DNA of 63,999 nucleotides, counting the filler, from Chrysochromulina tobinii (taxonomy: Eukaryota): the NCBI GenBank assembly GCA_001275005.1. It is 9 parts of 9 records of this genome, joined end to end, with 100 filler letters (N's around TTAATTAATTAA, not from the genome) between each part and the next. Parts side by side here need not be neighbours in the genome. Positions count along the whole stretch, not along the records: positions 53,821 to 56,880 come from JWZX01000521.1; positions 56,981 to 62,640 come from JWZX01000524.1; positions 62,741 to 63,999 come from JWZX01000570.1; 6 more parts are not named here. One strand, given 5' to 3'. The notes below the pieces were generated by a model that worked only from the letters and a program-made list of their open reading frames with translations, made no database searches and was not told the origin of the DNA. Numbering within the stretch: the stretch's first letter is position 1; every line of letters begins with the position of its first letter. The translations under genes were made by a program, and so were the position numbers. Shown here one piece after another: positions 53,821 to 63,999 of the stretch.

Positions 53821-54687
53821 TGGTGGTGGTGGCTGCGGGGGATAGGGTTTGATGTAGGGTGCCTAAAGGGTGCTCGAAGTATTTATGTTTTATAGCCAGT
53901 TGTTAATTTATTGGAACACGTTGCTGTGAGCGTCGCAGCCGGACGGTCGAGTGTCCGGCTTTCGTCCATGCTTCTGTCTATGCTTCTGTCGCATTGTCCC
54001 ATATAGCACGGGCCACGGCACCTGCAGTGTGTGTGTGCTAGCTCCTGGCGAGTAGGACCTGTTTATCTTTGCAAGTCGCTCTGCCCCGAAAACGCGGTGT
54101 GTTAGTTACCGTGTGCACTGTGTGATGATTGACACTATGTCGATTTAACTGAGTGGCGGCACTCGCTGTGAAGACTCGCACTGTCCCGGTTACACGAGTC
54201 CGAGCGGAGACGCGTTATGCTACCATTCCGATTGACGATCCTGGGAAACACGGAACAGAATACGCAGCGATCCACCAATGTATGCACAGCGTACTCGTGA
54301 AGCTCGTCGGTATTCGCCATCTCGACGCCCTCGCCCTGGCGCAAGGAGCGCAGCTGTCGGCGGAGCGCGTCGTTCTGCCGGGAGAGCGCCGTGACTTTGA
54401 GCTGTATTCCGCACTTGCGAGTCGAGCGAAAAGGTGCTGCAAGTGGTTCTCAAACGGGCCGCGCGCCCGGTGCATCCGCTCGATTACCCTGTTGGCGCTT
54501 GTTGCGGAGCGATAGCAGCATGCATGTTGAGCTCGATCTGTTGGGGAGCATTCGAGCTGCATTTGGCACATAGGAGGATGTTTGCGTTGCGACGCTGTTG
54601 ACTCAGGCGGCTACCATCACAGTGTGTGCGGGCGAGACAGAAAAACGGGGATCCGGAGCCAAGCGTGCGACCCTTCTCATAAGTGGT

Positions 54688-54759
54688 GCTCTTGCCGCTC
54701 TTGCCGCTCTTGCCGCTCTTGCCGCTCTTGCCGCTCTTGCCGCTCTTTCCGCTCTTGCC
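54688..54759. repeat. 9-bp tandem repeat (GCTCTTGCC) x8
   Basis: Direct reading; one variant unit. Confidence 0.95.
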
Positions 54760-55158
54760 ACGCGTCCCAACAAGGCCGTTTTCACATCTGCATTTCCCGT
54801 CCACGTCTCTCTTCTGCTTGCATCGCCGGCAGCTGGGCATCGCGGAGCCCCGCATTGTGATGTACCGAGATTCCGCAATGGAGACTGCGACAATGGAAGC
54901 GTTTTTCACAGCTCGAGCAAACAAACAAGCAGGCAACAATCGAAGCATGCAAGCAGTTGGTTTAGTTACATGTGTGTTTCGACTCGGAAGCTTGCTTGCT
55001 TGTAAACAGCTCTCGAGGAATAGGAAAGAAGAGAGAACCAATAAAATACCTATTCAACGTCGTCCTCAACGGCCATCCCACGGCCATTCGACGTCGTCCT
55101 CAACGTCGTCGTCGTCGTCATCCTCGGCGAGGAGGCGCCCGCCAGCACCGATGACGAT

Positions 55159-56126
55159 TGCGGCATTGGGTCTTTTGTCATCCTCCGCCTATTTTGGAAC
55201 CCTTGTTTTGGAATCGGTCTTGCGGCATTTTGGGGTTTGCGGCATTGGGTCTTTGTCATCTTCCGCCTATTTTGGAATCGGTCTTGTGGCATTTTGCCGT
55301 TTGCGGCATTTGGTATTGTCATCCGCCGCCTATTTTGGAATCGGTTCTGCGGTATTTGGGTTTTGCGGCATTGGGTCTTGTCGTCCATCGCCTATTTTGG
55401 AATCGGTCCTGCGGCATTTTGGGGTTTGCGGCATTGGGTCTTTTGTCATCTTCCGCCTATTTTGGAATCGGTCTTGTGGCATTTTGCCGTTTGCGGCATT
55501 TGGTATTGTCATCCACCGCCTATTTTGGAATCGGTTCTGCGGTATTTGGGTTTTGCGGCATTGGGTCTCTTGTCATCCACCGCCTATTTTGGAATCGGTC
55601 CTGCGGCATTTTGGGGTTTGCGGGATTGGGTCTTTTGTTGTCCATCGCCTATTTTGGAATCGGTCCTGCGGCATTTTGGGTCCTGCGGGATTGGGTCTTT
55701 TGTCGTCCACCGCCTATTTTGGAATCGGTCCTGCGGCATTTTGGGGTTTGCGGCACTGGGTCTCTTGTCATCCTCCGCCTATTTTGGAATCGGTCCTGCG
55801 GCATTTGGGTTTTGCGGCATTGGGTCTCTTGTCATCCACCGCCTATTTTGGAATCGGTCCTGCGGCATTTTGGGGTTTGCGGCATTGGGTCTCTTGTCAT
55901 CCACCTCCTATTTTGGAATCGGTCCTGTGGCATTTTGGGGTTTGCGGCATTGGGTCTCTTGTCATCCTCCGCCTATTTTGGAATCGGTCCTGCGGCATTT
56001 TGGGGTTTGCGGCATTGGGTCTCTTGTCATCCGCCGCCTATTTTGGAATCGGTCCTGCGGCATTTTGGGGTTTGCGGCATTGGGTCTCTTGTCATCCGCC
56101 GCCTATTTTGGAATCGGTCCTGCGGC
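55159..56126. repeat. Minisatellite, ~63-65-bp unit x ~15
   Basis: Consensus gcctattttggaatcggtcctgcggcattttggggtttgcggcattgggtctcttgtcatccNcc. Confidence 0.97.
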
Positions 56127-56167
56127 GTAAAAAGGTCTCCGCTCAGCTTTCTTCAAGACACGGAAAA

Positions 56168-56880
56168 ATGGCAACAATGTGTATGTACTGCCATATTTTT
56201 GAGCGGCAAGATGCCCGACCCGCGACGAAGTCGTTGCCAACGAGTCACAAAGCATCGCGGCTAGGACCCCACTGTGTTGGGTGCCACCGCAAGTTGATGT
56301 ATTGGCGGGTGTCCCCCGAGCAGATCGCTCGGCTGCAGAACCTCGGTGTCGGGCCGCCGCGGAGACAGCAACAGCTGCAGCCGAAGCAGTGGTTGTTGCC
56401 TTCCTCCGGAGGCGATGCCATGCTGCCGCCGCATCAGCATCAGCATCACCAGCACCAGCACCAGCAGCCTCAGCCTCAGCGGCAGCCGCAGCATCAGCAT
56501 CAGCATCAGCATCAGCGCGATCTGCAGCAGCAGCATCCGCAGCAGCAGCAGCAGCCTCCCTCGCCGCAGCAGCAGTTGCAGCAGCCCCATAGAGGCAAGC
56601 TACCCATAGAGGGCGTCGGCATGGCATCGGCATGTCAGCCATATCGGGCGAATCCGTATGGCATTTTCTCAGCGAACCTCAGCGGCATGAGCGGTGGCGT
56701 GGGTAGCGGAAAGGGTGGCGGCATTCTGACTATGGGCGGCGTGGGGGGCATCATGGGGAGCGACAAGGGGAGCGGCATGAGGGGGGGCGGCAAGATGGGG
56801 GGCATCATGGGGAGCGACAAGGGGAGCGGCATCGTGGGGGGCGGCACGATGGGGGGTGGTTGGGGTGGTCAGCATCGGTG
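56168..56880 (+). CDS. Possible Cys-motif, Gln/His-rich, Gly-rich protein (3' truncated)
   Basis: ATG after the array; CMYC...CVGC; polyQ/QH; low-complexity tail. Confidence 0.35.
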
Positions 56881-56980
56881 NNNNNNNNNNNNNNNNNNNN
56901 NNNNNNNNNNNNNNNNNNNNNNNNTTAATTAATTAANNNNNNNNNNNNNNNNNNNNNNNNNNNNNNNNNNNNNNNNNNNN
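56881..56980. other. Artificial contig-joining spacer
   Basis: N44-ttaattaattaa-N44. Confidence 0.98.
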
Positions 56981-57052
56981 AACGATTACGATCTTGAACA
57001 TGTACTGCGCCTTTCCGCCACCTCGCAGGCGGATCGAGCGCACCTCTGCCAT
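56981..57052 (-). CDS. 5' fragment of a tandem second copy of the Rab11 gene (cut by contig edge)
   Basis: Identical to 58453-58524; flanking non-coding blocks also duplicated (57470-57572 vs 58668-58753). Confidence 0.8.
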
Positions 57053-57680
57053 GAATTGCAGAGTGGATACAGAGTGGATCGGCTCGCTTAGTGGCGCGAG
57101 CGGCCGCAGCTGAGGATAGCGACGGCTTGTTCCCTTTCAACTTTGTTTTCGCTCGCCCGCTATGAATTACAAAAACTCACAATTACATGTGCATGTATCA
57201 GAACAAAAAATCAGGAGGTGGTGGGATAGTGTGCGTGAATCCAGGACAGAATACCATGTGGACGATCGGATCGGCAGGCCGCCAGGCAGGCCTGTCGAGG
57301 AAATTCTAGCTTACCGGTACCTTCATATGGCAGTCATATGGCCGGCACCGACCATTCCGGCAACCGGCGGCACAAGACGGCCGGTCAGGGTTCACGATCG
57401 AGAAACTGTAATGACTGTGTGTGTGTGTGTGTGACAACGAGTTACGTGCGCGTACTATCTTTAAAAAAGCGTGGCCTCTGAGTCGTGAACCGGCCTCGCT
57501 CACGGGGCACATATAACGTAAGGGGCACACGGTCACACACACGCCGCCCAACAGCAGTACAGTACAGCATCGACAGCTACCGTCACCCGTGACGACGGGC
57601 CAGCGGCCGCGCAGACGCCTCGACGAGCGAGACGAAGAGCATGCGTTCACAGCAGCTGCATTCGCAGCAACGTATCCTAT

Positions 57681-58524
57681 CTAACAGCAGCCGCCGCCTC
57701 CCGACGTCCTATACGGCGTTATGGGGGTCGTCCCAATCATCGAAGGCGCAGGCCGATCCGGATCGTACTTTCCGGTCTCAAGGTTTTTTTTCACTGCGGC
57801 CGCACGTGTACGCGCACCCACATGCGTCAGAGGGCAGCACGAGAGGCCACCTAAAGGTTGCATGCAAGTTGCATGCAAGTTGCCATGAGAACTGGGCATG
57901 CGCATGTGCACGCGCGCGCGGCGGCGCCAGTAGACAGGGCGGGTCGAGCGCAACGGTCGAAAGGGGGCAGCACGCACCGATGCGATAGATCTCGATGCAG
58001 ATCGTCTCGAACGCAAGGTCGACGTTGGTGGCGTCGAGAGCCGACGTCTCGATGAAGGCGAGGTTGTTATCCTCCGCAAAGTCCTTGGCGTCCTCGACGT
58101 CTACCTTCTGCCGGTGCCGCAGATCGCTCTTGTTGCCCACGAGCATCACGACTATCGACGGATCCGTGTGCGCGCGCAGCTCATCCAGCCACGCAGCGCA
58201 GTTCTGGAAGCTGAGCTGGTTGGTGATGTCGTACACAATCAGCGCGCCAATCGAGCCGCGATAATAGGCAGCTGTGATCGCCTTGTATCGCTCCGCGCCC
58301 GCCGTGTCCCACACCTGCGCCTCGATGGTCTTTCCGTCATGCTCAATCTGATGTGTCGCAAAATCCACGCCGATGGTCGCCTTTGAGTCCTTGTGGAACT
58401 CCTTCTTTGTGAACCGGGACAGTAAGTTGGACTTGCCCGTCCCAGTATCGCCAACGATTACGATCTTGAACATGTACTGCGCCTTTCCGCCACCTCGCAG
58501 GCGGATCGAGCGCACCTCTGCCAT
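57681..58524 (-). CDS. RAB11: Rab11-family small GTPase; intron 57794-57977
   Basis: [56 protein letters not shown]; spliced C-terminus ends GGGGCC (prenylation). Confidence 0.93.
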
Positions 58525-58797
58525 GAATTGCAGAGTGGATCAGCTCGCTTAGTGGCGCGAGCGGCCGCAGTGAGGAAGCCCTTTACGCTCCTCGCGAAAC
58601 ATGGCTGTGAATTATCAAATTTGGCTGTGAAATTGCCGGCAACGCGGCACAAGAAAAATAGCGTAGCGCCTCTGAACCGGCCTCGCTCGCGGGGCACACG
58701 GTCACACACACGCCGCCCCGCAGCACGGCAGTAGCCAGTACAGTACAGCATCGAGATTTGGTTGGTTCGATCCCGCCACGAGAGAGGATGCACGATC

Positions 58798-61068
58798 TCA
58801 CAGGTCGATCAACGACCAGTCGATGAGGTCGGCGTGCTCGGTGATGAACGCCTTGCGCGGCCCGATCGCGTTGCCCATGAGCACGGAGAGGAGCCGGTCG
58901 GCCTCCGCAGCGTCCTCGGCGGTCACCTGCTTGAGCATGCGCCTGCCTGGGTCCATCGTAGTACTCCAAAGCTCGGCGGGCATCATCTCGCCGAGGCCCT
59001 TGAAGCGCTGCGTGGTAAGCGTACCCTTGAGCTGGCCTTTGAGCTGCGCGAGCTCAGTCTCCGAGTAGCAGTAGTGCAGCTTCGACCGGTGGCGCACCTT
59101 GTACAGCGGCGGGTAGGCAATGTAGACGTACCCCTCGTCGATGAGCGCGCGCTTGTACCGGTAGAAGAAGGTGAGCAGTAGCGTGCGGATGTGAGCCCCA
59201 TCGACGTCCGCGTCGGTCATGATGATGATCCGGTGGTAGCGCAGCTGCGATGCCAGCTCCGCACCTGACTGTTCCTCGCCCTTGACGCCGAGCCCGAGCG
59301 CCGTGATGAGCGCCTGGATCTCGGTGTTCCCGTACATGGCCGCGTCGTCCGCCTTCTCGACGTTCAGGATCTTACCGCGCAACGGCAGGATGGCCTGAGT
59401 CTCGCGCGCGCGGCCCTGTTTGGCCGAGCCGCCCGCTGAGTCGCCCTCGACAATGAAGACCTCGCTCTGTTTAGGGTCGTTCGACGAGCAGTCGGCGAGC
59501 TTGCCCGGCAGCACCGACGAGCCGAGCACCGTCTTGCGCCGCACGAGCTCGCGCGCCGCCTTGGCCGCCTCCGCTGCCTTGGCCGCCGCCATCGCTTTAT
59601 CAAGGATGGCTGCGAGTGCCTTCGGACGCCTCACGCACACCTCGTTGAGCGCCTCAGTCACGACTTCCGAAACGATCGAGCGCACCTCGGGGTTGCCCAA
59701 CCGATTCTTAGTCTGCCCCTCGAACTCGGCCTCCTGCAGCCGCACCGAGACGATCGCCACAAGACCCTCGCGCAGAAAGTCGCCCGGTAGGTTCGGACTC
59801 TTCTCCTTGAGCTTGCCCGAGGTTCGACCGTGGGCATTCAGCACGCGCATAATGGCAGACTTGAGCCCGTCGACGTGGGTGCCGCCCTGCGGCGTGTGCA
59901 CACCATTGGCAAACCCGAGCAGCGACTCCGAGTACATGTCCGCATTCCAGCGCAGGGCGATGTCCACACCGACCCCACGGTGCTGCGCCGTCACCACGAG
60001 CGTCTCGGGCTCGTCCAAAAGTGGCGTCTTGCTCATGCAGATGTGCTCGACGTACTCTGCGATGCCACCCTGGTGGCAGAAGACGCGGTGGCGCGCGCCG
60101 CCGCGCGGTCGCGTGGGCGCCCGCAGCTGCGTCGAGGTGTCGGCCGCATCCGCACTCCACTCAGCTTCGAGAGTCTCCATACTCCGAGGGTCGACGGTCC
60201 GAGGTCCCTCGATCTCGATCTCGATCTCGATCTCGTGCTGATCGCCCTCATGCTCGCCGCCGCCGCCGCCGCCGCTGCTGCTGCTGCTGCTCATGCTCAC
60301 GCTCCTCTCCACCCGTGCAGCCGCCGTGCGCTCGTCCCACATGGTGATATTGAGACCTGCGTGCAGGTACGCCTGTTGGTCGAAGCGTGTGGCGAGCGTC
60401 TCGAAGTCAAAGTCGATGCCGCCCTTGAAGATGAGCGGGTCGGGTTGGAATACGACGGTGGTACCCGTGCGTCCGGCCTCTGCGGGCGGCAGCGGCGTCA
60501 CCGACATCTCCTGCGCCAGCTTGCCTTGCGCGAAGGCGATGCGGTGCTCGTTGCCCTGGCGGCGCACCGTCACGTTCATCGCTGACGAGAGCGCGTTGAC
60601 CACCGAGACTCCGACGCCGTGCAGTCCAGACGATACCGTGTACCCCGCGTCGCCAAATTTGCCGCCCGCGTGCAGCACCATCAGCACCGTCTCAATTGCC
60701 GGCCGGCCCGTCTTGGCGTGCACATCGCATGGGATGCCACGCCCGTCGTCCGAGATGGAGATGGAGCCGTCGGCGAGCAGCCGGATTTCGATGTGTGTGG
60801 CGTAGCCAGCAAGCGCCTCGTCGATGGAGTTGTCCACCACCTCGAAGACGAGGTGATGCAGACCGCGTGGTCCAGTGCTGCCGATGTACATGCCCGGCCG
60901 CTTGCGCACGGGCTCGAGGCCCTCGAGGACGGTGATCTGCTCGGCGCCGTAGGCAGCAGGCGCGGCCATGCGCACGGCGCCGCGCGCCGTCGATGCCGAT
61001 GGCACCGGCGCTCGCAGGAGCAGTGCGGCCGCAGCGGCCGCTGTCATAGTCAAGATGGCGGACATCAT
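58798..61068 (-). CDS. gyrB: DNA gyrase subunit B, organelle (probably plastid) targeted
   Basis: [103 protein letters not shown]-terminal presequence. Confidence 0.96.
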   Translation of the reverse strand: MMSAILTMTAAAAAALLLRAPVPSASTARGAVRMAAPAAYGAEQITVLEGLEPVRKRPGMYIGSTGPRGLHHLVFEVVDNSIDEALAGYATHIEIRLLADGSISISDDGRGIPCDVHAKTGRPAIETVLMVLHAGGKFGDAGYTVSSGLHGVGVSVVNALSSAMNVTVRRQGNEHRIAFAQGKLAQEMSVTPLPPAEAGRTGTTVVFQPDPLIFKGGIDFDFETLATRFDQQAYLHAGLNITMWDERTAAARVERSVSMSSSSSSGGGGGGEHEGDQHEIEIEIEIEGPRTVDPRSMETLEAEWSADAADTSTQLRAPTRPRGGARHRVFCHQGGIAEYVEHICMSKTPLLDEPETLVVTAQHRGVGVDIALRWNADMYSESLLGFANGVHTPQGGTHVDGLKSAIMRVLNAHGRTSGKLKEKSPNLPGDFLREGLVAIVSVRLQEAEFEGQTKNRLGNPEVRSIVSEVVTEALNEVCVRRPKALAAILDKAMAAAKAAEAAKAARELVRRKTVLGSSVLPGKLADCSSNDPKQSEVFIVEGDSAGGSAKQGRARETQAILPLRGKILNVEKADDAAMYGNTEIQALITALGLGVKGEEQSGAELASQLRYHRIIIMTDADVDGAHIRTLLLTFFYRYKRALIDEGYVYIAYPPLYKVRHRSKLHYCYSETELAQLKGQLKGTLTTQRFKGLGEMMPAELWSTTMDPGRRMLKQVTAEDAAEADRLLSVLMGNAIGPRKAFITEHADLIDWSLIDL

Positions 61069-61481
61069 CGCGCCGCTAGGCTTGGGCTAAAAGACATGAT
61101 GAGAGCATGTGATGACGGAGTAGGCGCACGAGACGGCGCGTGGCTTCTCAGATGGGGATGGTCAACAGCAGTGTCAAAACTGTGTCAAAAGCAATCTTAT
61201 CACGATGTTGAATCGCCGTGAACGTGTGACAAGACGACGGAAGCAGCGACACAAACAGCACTGTCCTTTGATACCCTGCCTTACCTTTGTCCACGAACGA
61301 AGGAGTGAAGGAAGCCGATTTGCCTGCCGTGGTTGGTCGATGGTTGGCGCGTTTATATAGACGACTCGACCGGCGAATTACCGGGGAATCGGTGATATTT
61401 CCGGAAGTATCCTAGGGAACTGATCGGAAGTCTCGCGCAACGGTTTTCTAAGTTTCTTTTTGGAGGCTTCGGCGGAGATAA

Positions 61482-62640
<1,159 letters not shown>

Positions 62641-62740
62641 NNNNNNNNNNNNNNNNNNNNNNNNNNNNNNNNNNNNNNNNNNNNTTAATTAATTAANNNN
62701 NNNNNNNNNNNNNNNNNNNNNNNNNNNNNNNNNNNNNNNN
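62641..62740. other. Artificial contig-joining spacer
   Basis: N44-ttaattaattaa-N44. Confidence 0.98.
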
Positions 62741-63999
62741 GGGGGGAGTTCTCGAAGCGCAATGTCGCGCATGTCGTCGAATCCTCCGATGAGAGTTAAG
62801 TGTTGCTGGGGCCCGTGTGCCCGCGCGCTCGTTTTCGCTCTTACCCTAGGCCATCTTCGTGTGGCCGAGGCGCTTCCTTTGGTCGCGAGAACTTCCCCTT
62901 CGCGTGCTTCGGCGGGGCTCCCGCGTGTGGCCAGTTTTATGGGGGGGCGCGAGGCAAGCTCGCGATTCGCCAAGCTCGGCACGGTTGACGCGTACGAGAC
63001 CAAGGATGCGGTCAAGATGCTCCTGAAGATGTGTTCTGAACTCGCTCTACCCGATCAGTATCGCGCGATCGCGCGCGTTTTCTTTCTCCGCGAAGTCCCA
63101 CCCCTGAACCAGTGTACGGGGACGCTTTACAGTAGCGCCTGCCGGGGCCCCTGGGGGGATCGCGATCCTTTGCCGCTCGCTGTGTCGCCCGTCCCGTTCC
63201 TGATCTTTCCGCAGTACTCAACGAGAAATGTCCCGATCCGATCCGAAAGGAGCTTTCCCCGGCCGATCGACTACGTGCACGAACAATCGGCGGCTCCCGA
63301 TCGCTTTGCAGGACTGCCGGCGCTGAACCCGTTCGTGATGATCGCCTCGCGCACGGCCGCGGCCTCATTCCTCCTCTTCGCGCCGTTGCCGCCGACGATC
63401 CGCGTGTTCACCTTCCTGTTCGCCAACATCGTGCACATCGACGCCACCGTCGTCTGCCCGCACTGCAAGGACACCATCCTGCCGGCGGCACACGTGGCCA
63501 CGGCTTGCCCTCTTGTGACCGAGCTCACCAACAATGCGGCGATTTTCACCGCCAAGAAACTGGGCTCGTCGCCGACGGTCGTCCACTCGCTAACGCACGA
63601 GCTCGCGACGCAGTTCACGCGCCCGGTCATCGACGCCATCGTAGGCCTTGCTTGTGCACCTGTCCACGGCCTATCCATCGACTTCACCGATGCTGCGTAC
63701 ACCCAATCAAATGCTGTCGTCAAGGCGGCCGTGTACGGCCACTGTTCGTTCGCAGAAGCGTCAGCAGTCCTTTCGGAACGACTTGATGCCGCTACCCAAC
63801 CGCTCGAAGTCGAGAAGATCCGCGGCGCGATGGACACGCTCAAGTCGGCCAGTGAGGCAGCGGTGAACACGGCCACGGGCACGTTCATGTTCATCTGGGC
63901 GAAGGTTTCCAACGTGATCTCCAAGCGCACGGATTTCACCTTCAAGCTCGAAGCGGTAGGCAAGTCGAAGGCGACCAGCCATTCCGCCACCCTCGTGCG
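62741..63999 (+). CDS. Open reading frame running off the window end, absent from the ORF track; possibly a Gag-like ORF of a retroelement
   Basis: Manual reading finds no stop in the frame of ATGs 62762/62939/63338; includes CPHCKDTILPAAHVATACP (Cys/His knuckle-like) and GTFMFIWAKV. Confidence 0.5.

Noticed and set aside
55159..56126. Possible CRISPR array
   Set aside because: Units are contiguous with no unique spacers, no cas genes are present, and the context is eukaryotic
54683..56264. Long ORFs (749, 368 and 297 aa) through the minisatellite
   Set aside because: They arise from a stop-free repeat open in all three plus-strand frames
60095..60330. Intein in GyrB
   Set aside because: No C/S start with HN end motifs; low-complexity and too short
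58798..61068. Bacterial contamination suggested by gyrB
   Set aside because: It has an organellar presequence and shares a contig with intron-containing Rab11 and tubulin

Overview
This is GC-rich eukaryotic DNA, most likely from a haptophyte-like alga (inferred from bipartite plastid-type presequences on CYP97 and GyrB, repeat-filled spliceosomal introns and high GC). It is not one contiguous locus: nine contig pieces are joined by eight artificial 100-nt spacers (N44-TTAATTAATTAA-N44), so adjacency across spacers means nothing. Recognisable genes are a PUB-UBX p97 cofactor, fimbrin, a HAD/NIF phosphatase-like protein, CYP97, a DnaJ protein, an ABCG half transporter (frameshifted), a GH30 hydrolase, an alpha/beta hydrolase, a UBL-WLM protease, a giant HECT-ligase-like fragment, Rab11, organellar GyrB, alpha-tubulin and a DIRS-like RT-RNaseH element. 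Highlights: (1) a small selenoprotein missed by the ORF track (in-frame UGA plus a well-formed 3' SECIS), resembling the UPF0728/C10orf53 family and present in two copies; (2) a single-chain LamG/MRH/SEA-TM-TIR-kinase receptor; (3) three membrane-anchored HET/TIR-like proteins, one with LRRs; (4) repeated short duplications flanking tandem-repeat filler, several at intron boundaries, suggesting an intron-generating insertion process; (5) a cortactin-like acidic DDW motif fused to fimbrin; (6) a tiny MITE with a 9-bp TSD whose apparent empty site is in a paralog. All family assignments come from motif recognition by eye; no database searches were run.
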